Source: Oceanispirochaeta sp. (GTDB lineage: Bacteria; Spirochaetota; Spirochaetia; DSM-2461). Taken from it: DNA of 64,000 nucleotides. Positions 9,487-18,750 of the stretch are shown in pieces. Under the pieces are notes generated by a model that searched no databases, was not told the DNA's origin, and saw only the letters and a list, made by a program, of their open reading frames with translations. Position 1 is the first letter of the stretch; each line of letters begins with the position of its first letter. The position numbers and the translations under genes are program-made. The stretch lies in the NCBI GenBank assembly GCA_963663385.2, contig CAXXXD010000002.1, forward strand, positions 1,120,001-1,184,000, given 5' to 3'.

Positions 9487-10715
9487 GAATCTGCCGTGTC
9501 TTTTTTATTGCCCTGACCATTCTGATCAGCCTGCTTTCCATCTCGCTTCTGCCGGCAGCAACCCTGTACGGAGATGCGGAGAGTTCTGTAAGCTTCAATA
9601 TCCCAGACAGCCGCGAAGACGACCGTTATGAGAGCCTGATTAATCCCGGGAATATTATGGGGTTGGGTGATGTTATGTACAGTCTGGATTCCACTTTTAA
9701 AGTGGAAGACAACAGAGAAGGGGGAAGCTTTACCTTCTGGGTTTCCCTGGAGGATGTTTCCGGTACCGCCGGCACCGGAAACTCTCTGTTTGCCCTGGAT
9801 ATCATGCGGCTGATCTATAACTGGGATATCAGCGACTCCCTCAGGCTAAACCTGGGGCGTCAGGGGTTTCTGACAGGATACGGTTACGGCTGGAATCCTA
9901 TGGATCTGGTCAATCCCGTGAAAGATCCCTCCGACCCCGATCGGGAATTAAAGGGAGTGGATTCCCTGTCTCTTCTCTTTGACCGGGGAGGAGCGTTTCA
10001 GATGGGACTCTTTGCCGCCGTTTCGGGAGAAGGATTGACCCGGGTGGAGTACAATGACCTGCAGGGAGGAGTGAATATGACTTTTCTCATGCCCTTTGCA
10101 GAACTGAAATTCTCCGGTATCACGGGAGAGGAATACGGTATAAGCGGCGGCTTTCTGGCCGATCTTTTCGGAGCCGGTATTTATGGTGAGGCGGCTCTGC
10201 GGGAGACGAGCCGGGCTGCAGTCCCCGTGGCGGCCCCCGGATTCCTGCTGGAAGAGGGAAAGGACCCTGTTTTCTCGGGCCTGGTCGGTGTGGAGTATGT
10301 TTTTCCATCGGAGCTGAGTGTTGTTGCAGAGTATTTTTACAATGGGGAAGGGTATGATAGGAAGGAAAGGAAGAACTATAAAGAGGCTCTGACCTATTTC
10401 AACGACAGTAACGGAGCCGCTGAAGCCGAGTGGTACGCCCTTTTCCGCCCCGGGTATTTTGGGAAGCACTATATGCTCCTGAATCTGTTCTATCCTGTTT
10501 ACAATCTGTGGTCTGAAGCATACCTCACCTGTATTGTCTCTCCCGATTCCGGGACCCTGGCTATTCAGCCGGAATGGACTATCCTTCCAACCGGGAGTCT
10601 GGAAATATCCCTCGCCTGGAGCGGGATTTACAGTTATGATGATGATCTGTACGGCGAGGCCTGGTTTTCTCCTCTCCAGAATACAGCTGTCCTGAAAGGG
10701 GTCTACCATTTCTGA
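9483..10715 (+). CDS. Putative outer-membrane beta-barrel (DUF1302-like)
   Basis: Signal peptide, LGRQ..WNPMD..NP motif, alternating beta-strands, C-terminal YHF; ATGA overlap. Confidence 0.7.
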   Translation: MRICRVFFIALTILISLLSISLLPAATLYGDAESSVSFNIPDSREDDRYESLINPGNIMGLGDVMYSLDSTFKVEDNREGGSFTFWVSLEDVSGTAGTGNSLFALDIMRLIYNWDISDSLRLNLGRQGFLTGYGYGWNPMDLVNPVKDPSDPDRELKGVDSLSLLFDRGGAFQMGLFAAVSGEGLTRVEYNDLQGGVNMTFLMPFAELKFSGITGEEYGISGGFLADLFGAGIYGEAALRETSRAAVPVAAPGFLLEEGKDPVFSGLVGVEYVFPSELSVVAEYFYNGEGYDRKERKNYKEALTYFNDSNGAAEAEWYALFRPGYFGKHYMLLNLFYPVYNLWSEAYLTCIVSPDSGTLAIQPEWTILPTGSLEISLAWSGIYSYDDDLYGEAWFSPLQNTAVLKGVYHF

Positions 10716-10768
10716 AAAAACACTCTGTTTAATTGCGATTTCACCTATAACTGTACTAGAATTGGTAT

Positions 10769-13453
10769 ATGCATTTGTTAACAGGTGATTATAGATGGTG
10801 TAATCAGGGGTCGGGAAAATCTCTCAGGCAGGAAGGATCTCTAAATACCCTTGGGGTGTTTTATTGCTCCCCTTGGAATATCTCCTGTTTCTTTCTGACA
10901 ATTTTACTTTTATCAGCTTGTTTAACCGCAGGAGCGCAGTCGTTGAATCCCGAACCCGGGCTGATCGATCTGAGATTTCATGATTTTAAAACGGATCCTG
11001 TTCTGGGATTGAATGGACAGTGGCTGTTTTATCCGGGCTTTGACAGTGATAAGTCCCGAAAAATTGAAGTACCCGGTTCCTGGAGAAAATCCGGTCTGCC
11101 CGAGCAGGGCTGCGGGACCTATAGACTGCGGGTTCTGCTTCCTGAAGAAAAACCTGACTTTGCTTTGAAGTTCGGTAGTCTCTATACTTCTGCTGTTATC
11201 CGGATTAACGGAAGGGAAGAGATACGGATAGGGCAGCCCGGGAGTTCTGAAGGGGAATCCAGTCCTCACTGGGTTCCAACCCTGCTTGAGCTTTCCGGTG
11301 AACAGCCCGGTGAACTCCTGCTGGAAATTGATATGGCTAACTACACCCATGTACGGGGCGGGATCATTACCCCTGTTCTTCTGGGGAATGCCCGGAATAT
11401 GAAAGCCGGCTGGGAAATCAGCCGTATGCTGGAAATGATCTTTATGGGAATTATCCTGTGGATGGGGATCTATCATTTCAGTATTTTCCTTCTTCGCAGC
11501 AAGAGTTCTCTTGAATCTCTCTTTTTTGCCGTTGCCTGTCTGCTTTTCGGTTTACGACTCCTTTTTATAGGGGATTTCCAGATCTCTTCTTTCTATACGG
11601 TTGGAGTGTGGGCTCTCTTTTTAAGGATTGAATATCTCCTATATGTATGGTCTGTCTATTTCTTTATAAAATTCCTTTCATTGATGTATCCGGAAGAGTT
11701 CTTCAAGCCTATAGTGACGCTGTTCCTTATTATAACCATTTCCTATGCAGGGATCATCCTTCTGTCGCCCTCTGCCTTCTACACATCCCTTCTGCCGGGG
11801 CATCAGCTGACAGTGGTCATTTCCATGCTTATGAGTATTTTCTTTCTTGCCAAAGCGGCCATTCACAGAAGAAGCGGAGCAGGGCTTATTCTGTCCGGGA
11901 TGGTGTTCCTTATTCTGACAACAGTAAACGATGTGCTGCATTATAATGTGCAGATTATTCAATATAATACTTCGATAATAGGCACAGTTGTGTTTATGAT
12001 TATAGACTCCTATGTTCTGGCCCAGCTTTTTTCACGGAAATTTGCCGAAGTGGAAGAACTGTCCAGTAATCTGAGAGAAACCAATGCGGAGCTGGCCCAG
12101 TCCCGCTATGAAATAGAGAAGAAAAACAGTGAACTCCGTCTGTTGGCCAGCTCGGATCATTTAACCGGACTTCCCAATCGTATGGCCCTGTTTGAGCTGG
12201 TGGACAGGGAACTGGCAAGAGCTGTCAGAAATGGAAGTCAAGTGGGTGTTATTCTGGTGGATCTGGATAATTTCAAGCAGATTAATGATAACTACGGTCA
12301 CGACAGGGGGGATATGCTCCTTTGTGAATTCTCCCGTCAAATGAGGAGGGTTCTCAGAAAAAGTGATACCATATTCCGTCTGGGAGGAGATGAGTTTACA
12401 GTAATCGTTCCGGATCTGACCGAATCGGAGAACCTTATTCTGGTGGCTAAAAAGATAATGGATGTGCTGAAAGACCCGATTGAACTGGATTCCCTTCGCT
12501 GTTCTGTCAGTACCAGTCAGGGGATCAGCCGTTTTCCGGATGACGGGGATTCTGTTCACACCCTGCTCAAGAATGCGGATATAGCCCTGTATGAAGCCAA
12601 AAGACTGGGACGCAGCCGGTTTGTCTGTTTTGACAAACATATGCAGAAAATGGCAGAAGATCGTTTTACTCTGATCAGCCGGATGCCCGACGCCCTGGAA
12701 AACGGTGAGTTTGAACTGTATTTTCAGCCGCAGATGGATATGAAGGATTACACTCTCTACGGGCTGGAAGTCCTTATCCGCTGGAATGAGCCGGAGCTGG
12801 GATTTATCCCGCCTCCCGTATTTATCCCGTTAATGGAGGAGTCCGGTTTTATCAATGTTCTGGGTGAGTGGATCCTTGAACAGGCTCTGATAAAAACGCT
12901 CCCATGGGTCGAAAAGAATAAGGATCTACTTATCAGTGTGAATCTCTCATCCGTTCAATTCAACTCTCCGGATTTTCTGGATATCCTTGATTTTATTCTT
13001 GTAAAAACAGGGTTCCCTCAGGCGAGGCTTGTCCTGGAGCTGACCGAGAGTGTGATAATGCATGACAGTGAGAAAACCCTGTTTCAGCTTCAGGGAATAA
13101 GAGACCGGGGCGTGCAGATTTCTGTGGATGATTTCGGAACAGGGTACTCGTCACTGAGTTATCTGAAACGGTTTCCTCTGGATCACCTTAAGATCGATAA
13201 GTCTTTTATCAGCGACCTCTTCTCGACTCAATTCGATAAGGATATTGTCAGTACGATTATTGATCTGGCTGGTATTCTGGGGCTTGAGGTTATTGCCGAA
13301 GGAATCGAGACAGCAGAGCAGCAGGCTTTTCTTGAATCCCGGGGGTGTTTTATCATGCAGGGCTATCTTATGGGACGACCCGCTCCGGAACAGGACATCG
13401 AAAAACTTGTTAAAGACAGGGATGGTGTTAAGGAGTTCCTGCAGATGCTTTAG
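10769..13453 (+). CDS. 7TM-DISM receptor GGDEF/EAL protein
   Basis: Extracellular LNGQWLFYP..VPGSW..GCGTYRL domain, 7 TM helices, coiled coil, intact GGDEF, EVLIRW, DDFGTGYSS; exact start uncertain. Confidence 0.9.
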   Translation: MHLLTGDYRWCNQGSGKSLRQEGSLNTLGVFYCSPWNISCFFLTILLLSACLTAGAQSLNPEPGLIDLRFHDFKTDPVLGLNGQWLFYPGFDSDKSRKIEVPGSWRKSGLPEQGCGTYRLRVLLPEEKPDFALKFGSLYTSAVIRINGREEIRIGQPGSSEGESSPHWVPTLLELSGEQPGELLLEIDMANYTHVRGGIITPVLLGNARNMKAGWEISRMLEMIFMGIILWMGIYHFSIFLLRSKSSLESLFFAVACLLFGLRLLFIGDFQISSFYTVGVWALFLRIEYLLYVWSVYFFIKFLSLMYPEEFFKPIVTLFLIITISYAGIILLSPSAFYTSLLPGHQLTVVISMLMSIFFLAKAAIHRRSGAGLILSGMVFLILTTVNDVLHYNVQIIQYNTSIIGTVVFMIIDSYVLAQLFSRKFAEVEELSSNLRETNAELAQSRYEIEKKNSELRLLASSDHLTGLPNRMALFELVDRELARAVRNGSQVGVILVDLDNFKQINDNYGHDRGDMLLCEFSRQMRRVLRKSDTIFRLGGDEFTVIVPDLTESENLILVAKKIMDVLKDPIELDSLRCSVSTSQGISRFPDDGDSVHTLLKNADIALYEAKRLGRSRFVCFDKHMQKMAEDRFTLISRMPDALENGEFELYFQPQMDMKDYTLYGLEVLIRWNEPELGFIPPPVFIPLMEESGFINVLGEWILEQALIKTLPWVEKNKDLLISVNLSSVQFNSPDFLDILDFILVKTGFPQARLVLELTESVIMHDSEKTLFQLQGIRDRGVQISVDDFGTGYSSLSYLKRFPLDHLKIDKSFISDLFSTQFDKDIVSTIIDLAGILGLEVIAEGIETAEQQAFLESRGCFIMQGYLMGRPAPEQDIEKLVKDRDGVKEFLQML

Positions 13454-13461
13454 TTCCCCGT

Positions 13462-15030
13462 TTATTTTATATCGGGGTAACGCCGCTGAACTTCTCTGAG
13501 GGCATCTTTGTTTTCAAGTACCAGATCTATCAGATCAGGATCAAAGGATTCTCCCTTTTCCTCTTCCAGGTAGGTGAAGATACTCTCATCGGACCAGGCT
13601 TCCTTATAGTACCTTTTATTGGCCAGAGCATCATACACATCGGCTATGGCGGTTACCCTGGCAGTCCAGGGGATTTCATCTCCCTTTAAACCGGCGGGAT
13701 ACCCCTTCCCGTTCCATTTCTCATGATGCCCGAGTGCAATCTCGGCTGCCATTCCTATGGTCGGAATGGAAGACGTATTGAGTATTTCATGTCCGATTCT
13801 GGTATGATCCTTGATTTTCTCAAATTCCTGATCCGTCAGTTTTCCCGGTTTCTGCAGGATACTGTCGGGTATGGCAATCTTTCCTATATCATGAACAATA
13901 CTGGCTATACTGATTTCATCACAAAATGCGTTATCCCTGCCGGATTTTTCTGCAATAAGCCTGACGGTTTCGGATACCCTTCTAACATGAAAACCTGTTT
14001 CTCCGTCCCTGTACTCAATTGTTTCACCCAGCATCATAATAATATGCTGCATGGCATCCATCATGTTCCGGTTCATAAACAGACGATCAAAGGCAAATGT
14101 GAAATTCGTCAGAAATACACGGATCAGGTCTTCACTCAGTTCGTTCAGCCGGCCTTCCAGGTAGATCAGATTACGGGACCCATGGAACCCCTTGTAATAC
14201 CCTATGAAAAAATCTTCATAGCGGCGGTAGAAAAATGTTCTGTTCTCAACCTGCTCCATTACCTGGGAGAAAGGGATCCGATGTTCAACTTCCTGCAGGA
14301 ACTTATTTTCACAGGATTCGTACTTGCCCGTGGCGGAAAGGATTCTAAACTCATCCTCCTTGCTGTAGGCGATGAATCCGCTCTCCTGATTGATCGGGTC
14401 GGCACTGGCCATAAAAGAGTCATTTTGAAAATTTCTGATGCTGTTCAGCTGCTTCAACAGGCCAGAAAAAAAACTGGAAAGATTATCATGGTTATATAAA
14501 TCGGAAGAAGATTCAATAACTTTCTCCAGACCTCTTTTATGATCTTCCAGTTTTTTGAGATCCCGGTAATTTCTGAGTGCTGTATATAAGGTGGTGATGA
14601 ATTTCTGTGCCGTCAGTTCCGATTTGGATCTGTAATCATTGATATCGTATTCGACAATAACCCTTTCTTCAGGAGCAATTCCGGGCTGACCGGTTTTCAG
14701 GATGATGCGGGTCATGCTGTTCTGAAGAGTTTCCCGCGTATATTCTACAACCTGAAGACCCGAGGTATCCTGTTCCATCACCACATCCAGGATAACTACG
14801 GCAATGTCCTTCTCTTCCTTCAGAAGCCTCATGGTTTCTTCGCCGCTGTAGGTATCAAAAAACTCTATTCCCGCGCCTTCCAGCCGGAAATCTCCCAGAA
14901 CCATCTTGGTAACGGTATGAACATCCCTGTCATCGTCGGCAATAATAACTTTGTATTTGTATCCGGATTCGGTCATGACTTTTTTCTTTTTAGACGCAAA
15001 TCTGATCGGCCGGGATGTCTCGGTACTCAT
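13462..15030 (-). CDS. Response regulator with DUF3369 and HD-GYP domains
   Basis: REC (IADDD, LDVVME), HDIGK, HHEKWNGKGYP, IADVYDAL. Confidence 0.92.
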   Translation of the reverse strand: MSTETSRPIRFASKKKKVMTESGYKYKVIIADDDRDVHTVTKMVLGDFRLEGAGIEFFDTYSGEETMRLLKEEKDIAVVILDVVMEQDTSGLQVVEYTRETLQNSMTRIILKTGQPGIAPEERVIVEYDINDYRSKSELTAQKFITTLYTALRNYRDLKKLEDHKRGLEKVIESSSDLYNHDNLSSFFSGLLKQLNSIRNFQNDSFMASADPINQESGFIAYSKEDEFRILSATGKYESCENKFLQEVEHRIPFSQVMEQVENRTFFYRRYEDFFIGYYKGFHGSRNLIYLEGRLNELSEDLIRVFLTNFTFAFDRLFMNRNMMDAMQHIIMMLGETIEYRDGETGFHVRRVSETVRLIAEKSGRDNAFCDEISIASIVHDIGKIAIPDSILQKPGKLTDQEFEKIKDHTRIGHEILNTSSIPTIGMAAEIALGHHEKWNGKGYPAGLKGDEIPWTARVTAIADVYDALANKRYYKEAWSDESIFTYLEEEKGESFDPDLIDLVLENKDALREVQRRYPDIK

Positions 15031-15083
15031 GAACCCTCCAAGATCTTAATATAACATATTCCAGGGGGCAATTCCAATGAATC

Positions 15084-15965
15084 TCATGTATATATTCTTT
15101 TCCCGGTATTATACCCGTTCAGATAAAGAGCAAGGAAAATTATCCCGACTCCGCCTATTGTACGCAATTTAAACTGATCCAGAAGAATAATATCCATGAG
15201 GGTTCCAATAAGAATCTGTCCGATAAAGAGCAGTATGGCGCTTTTAAGTACTGAGACTTTTTTCAGGTTGCTGTTCATGCCGAATACCAGAAGCGCTCCC
15301 AGCAGACCTCCCGTACAGGCGGGAATCGGGATTTTAGTTCCTGCCGGAGACAGGGGGATTGAAGGGGCCAGGATCCTGAATATACCCAACAGGATCAAAC
15401 CTGTCATCAAACCCATCAGGAAGTTCATCATAGTTCCTTTTTTCAGGCCGATCCGGGAACTCAACTCTGCATTGAGGATCAGGTTCGCCTGGTTTACAAT
15501 CCCCGAAAATGCAGCCATTACCACAGGAATAAGCTGCAGATGGAAGTCGTCGGTCATTGCTATGATTCCTCCGAAGGCAACAATGACCGCTGCCAGACGG
15601 GGGAGTGTAAGGGGCTGTTTCTTCCAGCTGAAAAGGCCGATGGAATCTACGATCAGTGCTGCCAGGAGCTGGCCGCTTATCATAAGGGAGACAGTCATGG
15701 AGGCGCCCAGTCTCTGTATGCAGTAAGCCCCCGAGAAAGTCATGAATATTCCGAACGCACCCGCCAGGTATAGGTAGAAGGGGGCATCTTTTTTGTCTGC
15801 AGGGGGGGTCCTGTCGATCAGCCAGGCGGCTGCAGTCGGTACAAGACCGATGGTATGGATTATCAGGATGGCCGGGAGCTGTCCTGCCGCCGAGGCCAGC
15901 ATGGTGTTGGCTGTCAGCATGGCTGTGGTTAATCCGCCCAGCAATAGAATAATAATTGTATCCAA
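15084..15965 (-). CDS. DMT family transporter (two YdcZ-like repeats)
   Basis: About 10 hydrophobic segments; repeated GQL..L.D motif; TTG start with AAGGAAGG RBS. Confidence 0.8.
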   Translation of the reverse strand: MDTIIILLLGGLTTAMLTANTMLASAAGQLPAILIIHTIGLVPTAAAWLIDRTPPADKKDAPFYLYLAGAFGIFMTFSGAYCIQRLGASMTVSLMISGQLLAALIVDSIGLFSWKKQPLTLPRLAAVIVAFGGIIAMTDDFHLQLIPVVMAAFSGIVNQANLILNAELSSRIGLKKGTMMNFLMGLMTGLILLGIFRILAPSIPLSPAGTKIPIPACTGGLLGALLVFGMNSNLKKVSVLKSAILLFIGQILIGTLMDIILLDQFKLRTIGGVGIIFLALYLNGYNTGKRIYT

Positions 15966-16020
15966 GGATTACCTTCCTTTTTTAATAGCCTCATCATGGA
16001 GGATGGATTATATTTACTGT

Positions 16021-16034
16021 AGGACATATGTCCT
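16021..16034. promoter_or_regulatory. Putative Crp-family operator
   Basis: Perfect 14-bp palindrome AGGACATATGTCCT between the divergent DMT and Crp genes. Confidence 0.65.
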
Positions 16035-16047
16035 GTTCGAGGTGTTT

Positions 16048-16704
16048 ATGGAAAAATATTTTCCCGCAGGCCCTGTGGTCCCGGATGAATTGAAGGGGAT
16101 TGTTAAGGAAATCCACTATGCACCCGGTTCCATCCTGTTCCGTCCGGAGGATCCTGCAGAAAAATTCTACTATATCCTTAGCGGGCGGCTCCAGATTTTC
16201 TATCTTATGCAGAACAGCTGGGTTCATACCATCCGGTTCTATAAAAGCGGTGATATGATGGGGGATCTGGAACTTTTTTACCCGGATCTTCATGACTGTT
16301 TCAGCCGTACTATCACAAAGTCTGTGTGCCTGGAGATTCCCATGGAAAAACTCCGGACCTACCTGAACAGCCATCCTGAGCTGTTGTGGGAAATGGGGCG
16401 GTCCATAGCGGAAAAACTGAGAAAAAACGGAATGATTCAGGCCGCCTGGATGCGTTATCCCCTGAGGAATCGGCTGGCTTCCTATTTTCTGATGATGGAC
16501 CAGCTGCAGGAACAGGATAAGGTTTATCAGGAGCTTCATACCGATTCCTATAACGAACTGGCGGCTCTATTGGGATGCAGTTACCGGCATTTAAGCCGGA
16601 CCATGGGAGATATGGAGAAGGACGGGCTTATCAGGAAGGGCAGAAAAAAACTCGACCTTACCGACCGGTCCCGTTTGAGAGAGCTCGCAGGAGAGATGGA
16701 GTGA
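16048..16704 (+). CDS. Crp/Fnr family regulator (YeiL-like)
   Basis: cNMP-binding fold (GDMMGDLELF) and HTH LAALLGCSYRHLSR; start placed at ATG 16048 after GAGG. Confidence 0.88.
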   Translation: MEKYFPAGPVVPDELKGIVKEIHYAPGSILFRPEDPAEKFYYILSGRLQIFYLMQNSWVHTIRFYKSGDMMGDLELFYPDLHDCFSRTITKSVCLEIPMEKLRTYLNSHPELLWEMGRSIAEKLRKNGMIQAAWMRYPLRNRLASYFLMMDQLQEQDKVYQELHTDSYNELAALLGCSYRHLSRTMGDMEKDGLIRKGRKKLDLTDRSRLRELAGEME

Positions 16705-17942
16705 ATGCCGCAGATACTGATTTGAAGGGGAAGCAGGATATTGTCTGGAACAGTTCCTGGCTAACTACCCTGCCTTCCGTTCTCCTTCAGGGAATCTCGT
16801 GTATGCAGTTTTTTCTGATTCGTTCCACTATTATAAAAAGCAGCCACTTCGCCTGGCAGTTTCCCATTTTTCTGGGTATTTCGCTGATGGTATCCCTCTA
16901 TATGGGCGTTTTCCGGCGGGCTGTCCCTCTGGCTCTGGTTATCCGGCTGTTCATCATTTTTCTGATCGGTTACCCCCTGGGAAAGCACATATGGCTGGAG
17001 GTTACACTTCTTCTGTCGCTGCTGCTGGAGGCCGGTCTTTTTCTGCGGCTGCCCTGGAACCTGCCTGTCATGATTGGTTCAAGCGTAGCTGTGATCCTGT
17101 TTCAGAAGCCTGTAAGCGCATTTCATACCCGGTTCCCCGGACCCGAAATTCAGGATATCCTTTTTCTTTCTGTGATATCCCTGACGGTTACACTGCTGGT
17201 TTTCTCCATTTCCCTGCATCGTGAGGGACGGAGGAAGGAGCATAAAATTATAGACCGTCTGGACCATGCCATCTCCCAGCTGGGTAAAGCCAACCTGGGT
17301 TTTCAGGATCTGACTACCAGTATGGAGCTGGAGACTCTTAAAAAGGAGAGAAAGAGGGTCTCCAGGGAAATCCATGATACTGTAGGCTATTCCCTAACGA
17401 ATATACGGATTATGCTGGAAGCCGCTTCATTTATGATAGACAGTGATAAAACGCAAATACGGGAGCTCCTTGAAAAATCCATGAATGAAGCCGGACTGTG
17501 CCTGGAAGAGACTCGTAATGCCATGCGGCAGCTTCGTTCCAAAGAAGTCAGGCAGGCCAGGGGGATGAAATCGTTTTTTCAGCTGGTAAATGTTTTTGGA
17601 AACGCTACAGGTATTAAGGTTAACCTTGAATTCGGAAATACTCCCGACAGTTTTGGCGATCGAATAGATAAAGCGGTTTTCCGTTTTATACAGGAGGGGC
17701 TGACCAATTCATTCCGCCATGGAAGGGCTACGGTGATCAGTATCTACTTCTGGATTCAGGACGGTATGCTCCGTGTCAGCCTCCGGGACAACGGGACCGG
17801 AGCGGATTCCATAAGCGAAGGGATCGGCCTGGCCGGTATGAAAGAACGCCTGGCGGAACTGAATGGCATCATGTCTTATCAGAATGTAAGCGACGGCTTT
17901 GAGATTATTATTGAAATACCCCTGAACCGGGAGGATGTATGA
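16701..17942 (+). CDS. Membrane sensor histidine kinase (NarX/HisKA_3 type)
   Basis: ERKRVSREIHDTVG H-box, QEGLTNSFRHG, DNGTG, GIGLAGMKER; GTG start overlapping the crp stop. Confidence 0.9.
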   Translation: MNAADTDLKGKQDIVWNSSWLTTLPSVLLQGISCMQFFLIRSTIIKSSHFAWQFPIFLGISLMVSLYMGVFRRAVPLALVIRLFIIFLIGYPLGKHIWLEVTLLLSLLLEAGLFLRLPWNLPVMIGSSVAVILFQKPVSAFHTRFPGPEIQDILFLSVISLTVTLLVFSISLHREGRRKEHKIIDRLDHAISQLGKANLGFQDLTTSMELETLKKERKRVSREIHDTVGYSLTNIRIMLEAASFMIDSDKTQIRELLEKSMNEAGLCLEETRNAMRQLRSKEVRQARGMKSFFQLVNVFGNATGIKVNLEFGNTPDSFGDRIDKAVFRFIQEGLTNSFRHGRATVISIYFWIQDGMLRVSLRDNGTGADSISEGIGLAGMKERLAELNGIMSYQNVSDGFEIIIEIPLNREDV

Positions 17943-18634
17943 TTCGGGTGCTGATGGTGGATGATCAGGTCCTGTTTGTGGAAACCCTGAAAACAGTTAT
18001 TGAAATGAGGGCGGATGATATGGAAGTTGTCGGCCTGGCCTTTAACGGAAAGGAAGCGATAGAAAAGGCCCGGCTTCATAAACCGGATATTATACTGATG
18101 GATGTGAGGATGCCCGAACTGGACGGGGTTCAGGCTGCCATACAGATACATAAGGAATTCCCGGATATCCGCATCATGATGCTCACCACTTTTGATGATG
18201 ATGCCTATGTTCACGATGCCCTGGCCGGAGGAGCCGTCGGTTACCTTTTAAAGAATATGCCTTCGGCGGATCTGATGAATTCCATCCGGGCCGTAAACAA
18301 CGGTACCCTTCAGATCTCTCCTACTGTCGCCGCCCAGTTGGTCCGGGGAAAAGACGGTCCGGCCGGAGGGGACTGTCAGGCGGAAGAAACAGAAGAGGAT
18401 CTGTACTATGATATTGCTGTCCTGAGCCGGAGGGAACGGGAAATCCTCTATCTTATGTCCAGAGGTTATGATAATACAGCCATCGGTGATAAACTGTTTA
18501 TTGCCGATCAGACAGTAAAAAATCATATCAGCCGCATCTATAATAAACTGGATATTCATGACCGCATGGCTGCCATGAAAGCCGCCCGTCATTCCGATCT
18601 GAAGGAGTATTGCCGTTATCTTTTGGATAGGTAA
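17939..18634 (+). CDS. NarL/LuxR-type response regulator
   Basis: VDDQ, LMDVRMP, LSRREREIL...TVKNHISRIY. Confidence 0.95.
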   Translation: MIRVLMVDDQVLFVETLKTVIEMRADDMEVVGLAFNGKEAIEKARLHKPDIILMDVRMPELDGVQAAIQIHKEFPDIRIMMLTTFDDDAYVHDALAGGAVGYLLKNMPSADLMNSIRAVNNGTLQISPTVAAQLVRGKDGPAGGDCQAEETEEDLYYDIAVLSRREREILYLMSRGYDNTAIGDKLFIADQTVKNHISRIYNKLDIHDRMAAMKAARHSDLKEYCRYLLDR

Positions 18635-18663
18635 ATCTTTTTTGCAGGAATGGTTAGTATTGT

Positions 18664-18686
18664 ATTGGTACCGAATAGGTACCAAT
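18664..18686. promoter_or_regulatory. Inverted repeat, putative response-regulator site
   Basis: ATTGGTACC-gaata-GGTACCAAT upstream of the ABC operon. Confidence 0.55.
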
Positions 18687-18750
18687 CTGTTATCCTCCTG
18701 TACAACGACCTGTTTTATAATGGTCAATAATAAACCCAAAGGAGATGACG

